Source: Bacteroidota bacterium (GTDB lineage: Bacteria > Bacteroidota > Bacteroidia > Chitinophagales > Chitinophagaceae). Taken from it: 64,000 bases of DNA. Positions 1 to 7,186 of this stretch are shown here, piece after piece. The number at the start of each line of letters is the position of its first letter. Positions within the stretch are counted from its first letter, which is position 1. The notes beneath the pieces were generated by a model that was not told the origin of the DNA, searched no databases, and saw only the letters and a list, made by a program, of their open reading frames with translations. The position numbers were made by a program, and so were the translations under genes. The stretch is taken from contig JAEWKK010000008.1 of assembly GCA_023386045.1 (NCBI GenBank), positions 34,653 through 98,652 on the forward strand, read 5' to 3'.

Positions 1-100
1 GCCATATGCTATAAGCCATAAGCCATGAACCATAAGCCATAAGCCATCTGCCATACGCTATATGCCAAAGCCATGAACTATGAACCATGAACTATGAACT
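1..100. repeat. Heptanucleotide tandem array, about 14 units, + strand consensus RCYATGA (GCCATAA / ACCATGA / ACTATGA); runs off the window start
   Basis: Splitting bases 1-100 into 7-mers gives gccatat gctataa gccataa gccatga accataa gccataa gccatct gccatac gctatat gccaaa gccatga actatga accatga actatga. There is one 6-nt unit. Confidence 0.9.
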
Positions 101-104
101 CCCA

Positions 105-139
105 CAAAAAAGCCCTGCAAACAAATCTGCTTACAGGGC
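105..139 (-). terminator. Intrinsic terminator of the tRNA-like RNA gene
   Basis: GCCCTG (112-117) pairs with CAGGGC (134-139), plus 2 further inner pairs. On the minus strand the hairpin is followed by TTTTTT (rc of 105-110). Confidence 0.75.
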
Positions 140-167
140 ACTACACACATGAAAATGGAGACAAATG

Positions 168-347
168 CTGTAGGGGGAGGATTCGAACCTCCACGGGGCA
201 GTTAGCAACAACACAAAGAGTAGTGGTCAATCCTGGTCGGCTGACTCCCGGATATGCCGGGATACGTCGGCTCTATGTTGCGTTTATCCTGTTTCCCCAC
301 CCCCGAGACAAGAGGGCATGTCTGCCTAAGGTTTCATCACCCCACAG
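168..347 (-). ncRNA. Unclassified structured RNA with a tRNA-like / tmRNA-TLD-like architecture
   Basis: Read on the minus strand, the T-arm is GGAGG-TTCGAAT-CCTCC (176-192). An 8-bp closing helix CTGTGGGG/CCCTACAG joins 340-347 to 168-175. A 5-bp helix GGCAG/CTGCC (322-326 with 197-201) lies 13 nt after the 5' acceptor strand and 4 nt before the T-arm. There is an internal hairpin TCCCGG-n5-CCGGGA (246-262). The terminator lies about 28 nt downstream. The only ORF here (94-378, +) is on the opposite strand and looks non-protein-like. Confidence 0.55.
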
Positions 348-427
348 TATGATCGGAGTTGTGCAGAAAGTGTTTTAATCCTTTGATCCTGCTTACTCCT
401 GTAAAAGAACTTGACAGGTCAAAAATA

Positions 428-478
428 GAATGGAATAAACAATATTCAATCAACATTCAAAAACTTTAGATTCCATTC
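428..478. promoter_or_regulatory. Inverted repeat GAATGGAAT-n33-ATTCCATTC plus three ATTCAA direct repeats upstream of the Lrp/AsnC gene; candidate operator
   Basis: The 9-bp perfect inverted arms are at 428-436 and 470-478. ATTCAA occurs at 444-449, 455-460 and 475-480. The site is 47 bp upstream of the ATG at 525. Confidence 0.3.
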
Positions 479-524
479 AATATCTTAGCATATCAATGAA
501 TTAAATCTAAAACCAATCGTTAAA

Positions 525-1001
525 ATGGCCGCTTCTTTGAATATTGACAAACTGGATCTTAAGATCATTCAGCAGCTGGCCCATGATGCCAGCCCTTCTT
601 ATGCTGAATTGGGAAAGAAATTATTTGTTTCGGCAGGCACCATCCATGTGCGCATCAAAAAATTACAGGACGCGGGCATTATAAGTGGCATGCGCTTCAC
701 GGTTGACCTGAAAAAACTGGGCTATGATGTAATTGCCTTTATTGGAATTTACTTAGAGAAAAGCTCTCTATACGATTCCGTTGCAAAGGAGCTCAAAAAA
801 ATTCCTCAGATTGTTCGTATGAATTATACCACTGGTAATTACAGCATTTTTGCAGAGATCGTGTGCAAGGATATTGCCCAACTTCGTTCTATCTTACACG
901 ACGAACTGCAAAAGATCAAGGGCATTGAAAGAACGGAAACATTCATCTCCCTCGAGGAGAGCCTGAACCGAAGCCTCAGTGTTGCCACCAATGAATCATG
1001 A
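525..1001 (+). CDS. Lrp/AsnC family transcriptional regulator
   Basis: 158 aa. The N-terminal HTH (DKLDLKIIQQLAHDASPSYAELGKKLFVSAGTIHVRIKKLQDAGII) and a C-terminal RAM-like domain are typical of the AsnC family. Confidence 0.9.
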   Translation: MAASLNIDKLDLKIIQQLAHDASPSYAELGKKLFVSAGTIHVRIKKLQDAGIISGMRFTVDLKKLGYDVIAFIGIYLEKSSLYDSVAKELKKIPQIVRMNYTTGNYSIFAEIVCKDIAQLRSILHDELQKIKGIERTETFISLEESLNRSLSVATNES

Positions 1002-2401
1002 AAACTTCGGCATTTTTCAAAGGACTATTCTCTCTGATCCTTCTCAACCTGCTGGTAAAACCGGTATGGATGTTCTTTATCGACAGGGAAGTGCAGAACA
1101 TCGTGGGTCATGAAGAATACGGCCGCTATTTCGCCGTACTCAATCTTTCCTATGTACTGTTTTTTTTGTCCGATGCTGGTCTGAGCAACATGATCAATCA
1201 ACGTATTGCTAACGGACAAAAACTGAACATCCCGCAATTACTTCGCATGAAAATGCTGATGCTGTTGTTATATGTAGCGGTTTGCCTGCTGGTAGGTTGG
1301 CTCACTGGTATTACTCAATGGTCCTACCTTTTTTATGTGCTGCTGATCCAGGTTTTTACTTCTCTTTTTATTTTTTTCAGGAATATCATTACCGGTCACC
1401 AGTTGTTCAATACAGATGCCTGGCTTTCTATTATTGATAAAACGCTGATGACAGTTTTTTGCGGAGCGATACTGTATACTTCTTTTTTTGGCAGCATCAA
1501 CCTGGTTTTGTTTTTACAGGTGCAGGCCTTGTGTACTGGCATTGCCTGTCTCAGTGCATTTCTAATGATGAGAAAGAAAGGATTGGTGCAGGAAGCAGAA
1601 ACCATCATTCCCTCACGTATTATCAGGATGATCCTTCCCTTTGCCATCATCATCCTGCTCATGTCTGTTCATTACAGGATCGATGGTTTCCTCCTGGAAC
1701 GTATCCATCCCGATGGAGCCATGCAGGCCGGTATCTATGCATCGGCTTACCGTTTATTGGATGCCAGCAATATGGTAGGCTATCTTACCTCATCTTTCCT
1801 GATCTCATTTGTAGCCAGGCATATCAACGATCGTGCGTTCATTGATGATGCCGTGATCAATACAAGGCATGCCCTACTTTTTTTTGTGACCGGTGTTGTT
1901 TGTTTCACACTCATGTTCACTCCCTGGATCCAGCAATTGCTCTATCATTCAAATGATTTTTACCATTCCCAGGTGATCAGGTTTTGCATTGCTTCCCTCC
2001 CGGGTTATTTCCTGGTGCATATTTATGGCTCTGTGCTGACCGCCACTGGTAAATTCAAAACATTTATTACCATATTGATAATTTGTGTTTGCCTGAACCT
2101 GTCATTGAACATCTTATTCATTCCGGCTTATGGCGCATTGGGTTGCTGCTATTCCGCCATTGCCAGTCAATACCTCTGCGGACTAGCCTGCATGTTCATC
2201 ACAACAAGAAGTTTCAACTTAAGGCTTCACTATCCTTCGCTGTTGGTTTACCTCCTTCTTGCTGTTTTATTGCTGGGATTCTTTTATTTTGCCAATAACT
2301 GGGGCATCAATACCTGGATGGCAGGAGCCATTGCAGCATTGGGTACCTTATTGCTTTTGCTCACACAGGTCAAGAAAAAATATTTTATTACACTGCGTTA
2401 A
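998..2401 (+). CDS. Polysaccharide/oligosaccharide flippase (Wzx-like, MOP superfamily)
   Basis: 467 aa with about 12-14 hydrophobic helices. The layout is typical of polysaccharide biosynthesis proteins. The start overlaps the regulator stop (ATGA). Confidence 0.7.
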   Translation: MKTSAFFKGLFSLILLNLLVKPVWMFFIDREVQNIVGHEEYGRYFAVLNLSYVLFFLSDAGLSNMINQRIANGQKLNIPQLLRMKMLMLLLYVAVCLLVGWLTGITQWSYLFYVLLIQVFTSLFIFFRNIITGHQLFNTDAWLSIIDKTLMTVFCGAILYTSFFGSINLVLFLQVQALCTGIACLSAFLMMRKKGLVQEAETIIPSRIIRMILPFAIIILLMSVHYRIDGFLLERIHPDGAMQAGIYASAYRLLDASNMVGYLTSSFLISFVARHINDRAFIDDAVINTRHALLFFVTGVVCFTLMFTPWIQQLLYHSNDFYHSQVIRFCIASLPGYFLVHIYGSVLTATGKFKTFITILIICVCLNLSLNILFIPAYGALGCCYSAIASQYLCGLACMFITTRSFNLRLHYPSLLVYLLLAVLLLGFFYFANNWGINTWMAGAIAALGTLLLLLTQVKKKYFITLR

Positions 2402-2409
2402 GCTTAATT

Positions 2410-3249
2410 ATGCCTGATCTTTTACACGTATTTATCAGAAGATGGAAGATGATCCTCTTCCTTACCTTACTCGCGGGGATTATTGCTTTTATTTTTTCTC
2501 TTTTAAGTCCTAAAGAATACCTCTCCACTGCCACAGCCCTGCCTGTGAATGTGATGGTAAATGAACGGTCAAGGATCTTCAGCAATAATATCCAGGTTCT
2601 TTATTCCGATTTCGGCACACCTGATGAACTGGATAAGATTGAAGGAACAGCCGCGCTGGATACCATTTTCATTGCAACAGCCGAGGAATTAAACCTTGCA
2701 GAACATTACAATATTCACGCGGGCAGTGAAAGTATTTATAATGCCGCTTTGGCGCTGAGAAAAAACAGTAAGATCAGCAGAAGCGGTTACGGTGAATTGA
2801 AAGTAAAAGCCTGGGATAAGGATAATGCAATGGCCGCAAAGATGGCCAACAGCCTTTTGCAGAAAATCCAGCAATTGCATCAGCGATTACAGAATGAAAA
2901 CAGCAAACTGGTTTTGGAAAGACTGAAGCAGGATTACCAGGCCAGGCAGCAGCAATTTAAAAGCCTTTCTGATTCCGCAGCTTCCTTTGCCGGCGCGGAT
3001 GCAGAATTATGGTCTGCAAAAAAAACTGCCATGCTGCAACAGGTACAGCAATATGAAAACCTTATCGATCAATACCAGATCAGCATCAATTCCAATCCAC
3101 AGGTTTTACTTACAGTGGAAACTGCAAAGCCTTCACCATGGCCCGATAAGCCGAAGCCTTTACCTACTTTGCTATTGGCTGTTTTTGCCACATTCATCTT
3201 TGCTTTTCTTCTTGCCTTATTTATTGAAAGCAGAAATAACAGGGGTTGA
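2410..3249 (+). CDS. Chain-length determinant (Wzz/PCP-like) protein without a kinase domain
   Basis: 279 aa. It has an N-terminal TM helix followed by PKEYLSTATALPVN (a Wzz-type motif), a long Q/E-rich coiled-coil, and a C-terminal TM helix. Confidence 0.65.
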   Translation: MPDLLHVFIRRWKMILFLTLLAGIIAFIFSLLSPKEYLSTATALPVNVMVNERSRIFSNNIQVLYSDFGTPDELDKIEGTAALDTIFIATAEELNLAEHYNIHAGSESIYNAALALRKNSKISRSGYGELKVKAWDKDNAMAAKMANSLLQKIQQLHQRLQNENSKLVLERLKQDYQARQQQFKSLSDSAASFAGADAELWSAKKTAMLQQVQQYENLIDQYQISINSNPQVLLTVETAKPSPWPDKPKPLPTLLLAVFATFIFAFLLALFIESRNNRG

Positions 3250-4673
3250 TCAGTAGTTATAACAGGACAATTATTTTTTTCTTCAGTGTTTTTATGCTGT
3301 TGATAGCAGGCTTGTTTGCCTACTACCAGGAGCCCTTGTTCTTAGCAGCACCTTTGGTAATTGTTGGTGGCATATTGTTGTTGCAGCATCCAATTTGGCT
3401 TTTATATGCTCTCATGCTGACCATTCCCTGGAGCATTGAATACAATTTCACCCCCAGCCTGGGTACCGATCTTCCCGATGAACCACTGATGCTGCTGGCT
3501 TCTCTGGCAAGCCTGATCCTGTTCATTACACAAAGAGGAAAGATCAATGCTGTCAAATTCCTTCATCCGTTGGTGATCATTGTGATTTTGCAATTTATCT
3601 GGTCAGGATTCACCCTGATCACTTCTACGGAAAAATTATTATCGCTAAAATATTTACTGGCAAAAGGCTGGTACCTCTTATCATTTATAGCACTTCCGCT
3701 TTTCCTTTTTAAAGATGAAAGAACCATAAAGAGGGCTGCCGCCATGCTTTGTTTTTCCATGCTGGTATTTATGTTTTATGCCATTGCAAAGCACAGTCAG
3801 TACAACTTCACCTTTGAAAAAATCAACCTTGCACTGGAACCTTTTTACAGGAACCATGTAAACTATTCTGCCATGCTTGTATTTACTGTTCCAATTCAGG
3901 TGGCAGCAATACAACTGGTGAAGCCTGGCAAACTAAGAATGCTTCTCATTTTTGTATTTGTGATTTGCCTGGGTGCTCTTTATTTTTCATATGCACGTGG
4001 TGCATGGCTTGCGTTGATCGTAGCAGTTGCAGGTTACTGGCTCATCAGAAAGCGATTGCTTTTTGCCAGTTTTTTAGTTTTTATATTCCTTACACTAGGA
4101 GCGGTATTTTGGTTGCGTGCCAACGACAACTACCTGAAATTCTCCCACGATTTTAAATCAACTGTTTTTCATACCAATTTCCGTGAACACCTGGCGGCTA
4201 CTTACCAGTTCAAAGATGCTTCTACAGCAGAACGTTTCTATCGTTGGGTAGCAGGAGTCAGAATGATTGAAGACAGCTGGAAAACAGGCCTCGGACCTAC
4301 CAGCTTTTACCATCGCTACAGGAGTTATACGCAACCTGCTTTTAAAACCTGGGTGAGTAATAACCCCGAAAAATCAACGGTGCACAATTATTTTTTACTG
4401 ATGATCATCGAACAGGGTGTGATCGGGCTTGTATTATTTGTTGTGCTTCTTGCAGTATTATTCTGGTATGCGCAAACCATTTACCATCGCACAGGTAACA
4501 GGTTCTGGAAGATCACCACTGCAGCAGTTGCTGCGATATTATTGATGGAGTGCGTCATCAATTTTCTAAGTGATATGATAGAAACCGACAAAGCGGGTCC
4601 TGTATTTTATTTGAGTCTGGCCATATTGGTCATTGCTGATCTCAGAACAAAAAACGAAAAGAAACCAGCTTAG
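3246..4673 (+). CDS. O-antigen ligase / polymerase family membrane protein (Wzy-like)
   Basis: 475 aa and polytopic. The YARGAWLALIVAVAGY segment is typical of the O-antigen ligase (Wzy_C) domain. A TTG start overlaps the upstream stop (TTGA). Confidence 0.7.
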   Translation: MISSYNRTIIFFFSVFMLLIAGLFAYYQEPLFLAAPLVIVGGILLLQHPIWLLYALMLTIPWSIEYNFTPSLGTDLPDEPLMLLASLASLILFITQRGKINAVKFLHPLVIIVILQFIWSGFTLITSTEKLLSLKYLLAKGWYLLSFIALPLFLFKDERTIKRAAAMLCFSMLVFMFYAIAKHSQYNFTFEKINLALEPFYRNHVNYSAMLVFTVPIQVAAIQLVKPGKLRMLLIFVFVICLGALYFSYARGAWLALIVAVAGYWLIRKRLLFASFLVFIFLTLGAVFWLRANDNYLKFSHDFKSTVFHTNFREHLAATYQFKDASTAERFYRWVAGVRMIEDSWKTGLGPTSFYHRYRSYTQPAFKTWVSNNPEKSTVHNYFLLMIIEQGVIGLVLFVVLLAVLFWYAQTIYHRTGNRFWKITTAAVAAILLMECVINFLSDMIETDKAGPVFYLSLAILVIADLRTKNEKKPA

Positions 4674-5755
4674 ATTCTCCCCCGGACATTCAATGCATCG
4701 CGCAGTCCATTTCCCAATAAATTAAAAGATAGAACCAGTAACATAATGGCAAAGCCAGGTGCCAGTGCCAACATGGGATTTTGTGTGATGATAAAATTAT
4801 AATTCTCCTTGATCATCAATCCCCAGCTGGGTTGTGGAGGTTGCACACCAACACCCAGGAAACTCAGGCCTGCTTCAATAACAATGGCTGAAGCAAAATT
4901 GGCTGCAGCAATCACCAGTATGGGACCGAAAATGTTGGGAAGAATATGCCTTGACATAATGCGAAGACTGGAGAACCCCAGGGCTTTGCCTGCTTCTACA
5001 TACTGCAGTTCTTTTGTTGCCATCACCTGTCCCCGCACCAGCCTGGCCACATTCACCCACATGGTAAGACCAACAGCAATAAATACCTGCCAGAAGCCTT
5101 TTCCCAACAAAAGAGTAATGGCAAAGACCAGCAGGAGTGTAGGTATGCTCCAGATCACATTGATCAGCCACATGATGATATCATCGGCTCTTCCCCTGAA
5201 ATATCCGGCAATGCTTCCAAGTATAATGCCCACTGTAAGTGAGATCAAAACCGTGATCAGGCCAACACTAAGACTTACTCTTGTGCCGATGATCAGGCGG
5301 CTCAGGATATCCCTGCCATATTTATCGGTACCAACCAGAAATTTTTTTGTCTCAAGAGGTTGATCAGCTAGTGCGGTTTTATGGAAAGCGATTCTTTCTG
5401 TTACACCTTCATCAATAAATTTTTGCGCTACAATACTATCAGCTTTTATTTCTGATGATGTAATGGGCAAATAATCATAAGCATCAGGTCTGCCGGAAAA
5501 TAATCCGCTCATGAAGGATACAGTCTGGGGTTCTGTTTTTTTTACAACCAGGAATTGTTGTGAGAACCCCGGTTTGGCGCCACCAATTTCCAGGATAATC
5601 CGGTTGGCATAAGGCGAAGGGTCAGGAGCAATCACATAACTGAAAATGGCAACCAGTACTGAAAGAAGGATCATCACCAGGCCTGCCATGGCGCCTTTGT
5701 TTTTCTTTAGGCGGCGCCAGGCCGACTGCCAGAAGGTGGGTGATGATTCATTCAT
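4670..5755 (-). CDS. ABC transporter permease, DppC/OppC-like, with no partner genes in the window
   Basis: BPD-transporter inner-membrane fold (DKYGRDILSRLIIGTRVSL...EAGKALGFS...ILPN). I chose the internal Met (MNESSPTFWQ, cat at 5753-5755), which leaves 17 nt after the GT2 stop. Confidence 0.85.
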   Translation of the reverse strand: MNESSPTFWQSAWRRLKKNKGAMAGLVMILLSVLVAIFSYVIAPDPSPYANRIILEIGGAKPGFSQQFLVVKKTEPQTVSFMSGLFSGRPDAYDYLPITSSEIKADSIVAQKFIDEGVTERIAFHKTALADQPLETKKFLVGTDKYGRDILSRLIIGTRVSLSVGLITVLISLTVGIILGSIAGYFRGRADDIIMWLINVIWSIPTLLLVFAITLLLGKGFWQVFIAVGLTMWVNVARLVRGQVMATKELQYVEAGKALGFSSLRIMSRHILPNIFGPILVIAAANFASAIVIEAGLSFLGVGVQPPQPSWGLMIKENYNFIITQNPMLALAPGFAIMLLVLSFNLLGNGLRDALNVRGRI

Positions 5756-5771
5756 GGCAGAAAGATAAATT

Positions 5772-7013
5772 TTATTTGCTTCTCCTTCCTTTCCATTCAT
5801 ACTTACCAAGCTGGCTGCTCAAGCCTGTATAAACCGTATAAAAAATGTGAACGGGTTGAAAGAATAAAAAATAGCGCAGCAGTTTTTTTTCATTGTAAAA
5901 ATCAGCAACGCTTGATACAAAAGGAAGCTCGATCAATGTTTTTAAAACCAGGTATCCGGCAAGCAGGCACCAGTTAAATGGATTTAAAAAAGAAGCGCAC
6001 AGTAATACAAAAAACAGGCAGTTGAAAAAATAAACAAATCCCAATACATAAATGATGCGATTATCATCATAAATAAAGGTCTTGCTGGCCCAGCGTTTCC
6101 GCTGCATAAAAAAATCCTTCCATCGAGGCATGGGTTCCGTGCTAACAATGGCTTCCCTGCTTTTTAAATAAAATACTTTGGCCGGTTCCTTTTTCCAGAT
6201 CTTGTGCATTAACAACATGTCATCACCGGTAGCCACCTGGTCTATTCCTTCAAAACCATTTACGTCAATAAAGGATTGTTTTTTATAAGCCAGGTTGGCT
6301 CCATTGCACATGTTGTGAAAATTTGAGGAAACACTTGCAGCTGTAATTCCCTGTAAAACCAGGAAATCAATGGCCTGGAAAACCTGGAGGAAAGAATGAT
6401 CGTAAGAAAATTTTACCGGGGCTGCAATCAGTGAAGCATCATGTTTTCTGTAAAAAGAAGCAATGGTGCTAAGCCAGGAAGAACCCGGCACACAATCAGC
6501 ATCCGTGGTAACAATCAATTCTCCTTTTGCCTGATGAATGCCGGCTTCAATGGCTTTCTTTTTTGAAGAATCTTTCTCTTCAACTTTTGGCTGGATCAAC
6601 AGACAATTGGAAAGATCTTGCTCATTCACTACGCTTGTGGTACCATCGGTTGAATAATCATCTACAACGATTAATTCAAAAAACTGTAGAGGATAATCCT
6701 GTTTTTTGATGGCATTCAACAGGTGGCTGATACGCCCTGCTTCATTTCTTGCAGGCACGATCACAGAAATGAACACAGGAGAAAAACCATTTTGACTTGA
6801 ATAAGTTGCAGCGGCCTTCCATTCCTTTAGGTAAAAGAAAATCAGGAATGAGTAAAGCAGCAAAAAGATGATGGAAACCAGCAATAGCACGAGCAAATCT
6901 AAGGAATGTCGAATATCGAACAGATGAACAAGGAATGTCGAAGGGAAAGATTGAACACCAAATCTTTGTGACCCTTGTGAAATCTTTGTGGCCTTTGTGA
7001 TACGGCTGTTCAT
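5772..7013 (-). CDS. Family 2 glycosyltransferase, processive type (D, DxD, GDD, QxxRW)
   Basis: Motifs VIVPARNE, VVDDYSTDGT, TDADC, TGDDMLL and QRKRWA, with TM helices at both ends. The start is uncertain. It could be ATG at 7013 or TTG/GTG at 6896/6890, directly before the first TM helix. The ORF-track start at 7085 runs through non-coding repeats. Confidence 0.85.
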   Translation of the reverse strand: MNSRITKATKISQGSQRFGVQSFPSTFLVHLFDIRHSLDLLVLLLVSIIFLLLYSFLIFFYLKEWKAAATYSSQNGFSPVFISVIVPARNEAGRISHLLNAIKKQDYPLQFFELIVVDDYSTDGTTSVVNEQDLSNCLLIQPKVEEKDSSKKKAIEAGIHQAKGELIVTTDADCVPGSSWLSTIASFYRKHDASLIAAPVKFSYDHSFLQVFQAIDFLVLQGITAASVSSNFHNMCNGANLAYKKQSFIDVNGFEGIDQVATGDDMLLMHKIWKKEPAKVFYLKSREAIVSTEPMPRWKDFFMQRKRWASKTFIYDDNRIIYVLGFVYFFNCLFFVLLCASFLNPFNWCLLAGYLVLKTLIELPFVSSVADFYNEKKLLRYFLFFQPVHIFYTVYTGLSSQLGKYEWKGRRSK

Positions 7014-7143
7014 CCCCGCTCTCGCTCTGTTTCTCGCTCTGATTTTTTTAGGAGCACTAAGGCCATAAAGAACCACGAGGATCACAATAATATCGAACAG
7101 AAGAACAATCCTTGACAGGATGACATCCTTAACAGGATGACAA
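6901..7143. repeat. Mosaic of short tandem or direct repeats upstream of the GT2 gene
   Basis: AAGGAATGTCGAA occurs twice (6901-6913, 6930-6942). A 20-bp unit AATCTTTGTGRCCYTTGTGA occurs twice in tandem (6961-7000), which puts CTTTGTG (CACAAAG on the gene strand) 4 times at 10-bp phasing with one base differing in one copy. TCTCGCTCTG occurs twice (7020-7029, 7032-7041). A 17-bp unit ATCCTTRACAGGATGAC occurs twice in tandem (7108-7141). TATCGAACAGA occurs twice (6914-6924, 7091-7101). Confidence 0.85.
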
Positions 7144-7153
7144 AGCTGTCAGC

Positions 7154-7183
7154 ATATGAACTATGAACTATGATCTATGAGCC
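7154..7183. repeat. Heptanucleotide array, family A (NCTATGA, about 4 units), abutting the stop codon of the minus-strand gene at 7187
   Basis: Sequence is atatga actatga actatga tctatga gcc. The array ends 3 nt from the TAG stop (7187-7189). Confidence 0.85.
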
Positions 7184-7186
7184 ACC

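Noticed and set aside
1-100. CRISPR array or coding tandem repeat
   Set aside because: The units are 7 nt with no spacers, so this is not a CRISPR array. The period is not a multiple of 3 and stops occur in all frames, so it is not coding.
168-347. Calling the tRNA-like RNA a canonical tmRNA (ssrA), tRNA, RNase P RNA, SRP RNA or 6S RNA
   Set aside because: At 180 nt it is far shorter than the 350-400 nt of tmRNA. It has no tag ORF ending in ...AA-stop, no 5' GGGG...TTCGAC motif, and its G-U is not at 3:70. It has no 5' acceptor strand at tRNA distance from the T-arm and no D-arm. It lacks the RNase P motifs GAGGAAAGTCC and ACAGAA, and lacks the SRP GGAA/AGCA domain IV motif. I therefore left it unclassified.
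94-378. 94-aa ORF on the + strand (MNSHKKALQ...)
   Set aside because: It lies exactly antisense to the structured RNA and its terminator. It is Arg/Gly/Pro/Thr-rich, reads through the T-arm palindrome, and has no recognisable motif. I treat it as a spurious ORF.
4809-5363. 184-aa + strand ORF
   Set aside because: It is fully antisense to a well-supported ABC permease gene. Its composition is the mirror image of a membrane protein and it has no motifs.
7014-7085. ORF-track start of the GT2 gene at 7085
   Set aside because: This segment is built from non-triplet tandem repeats (12-bp spacing of TCTCGCTCTG). Typical GT2 proteins of this type begin at the first TM helix.
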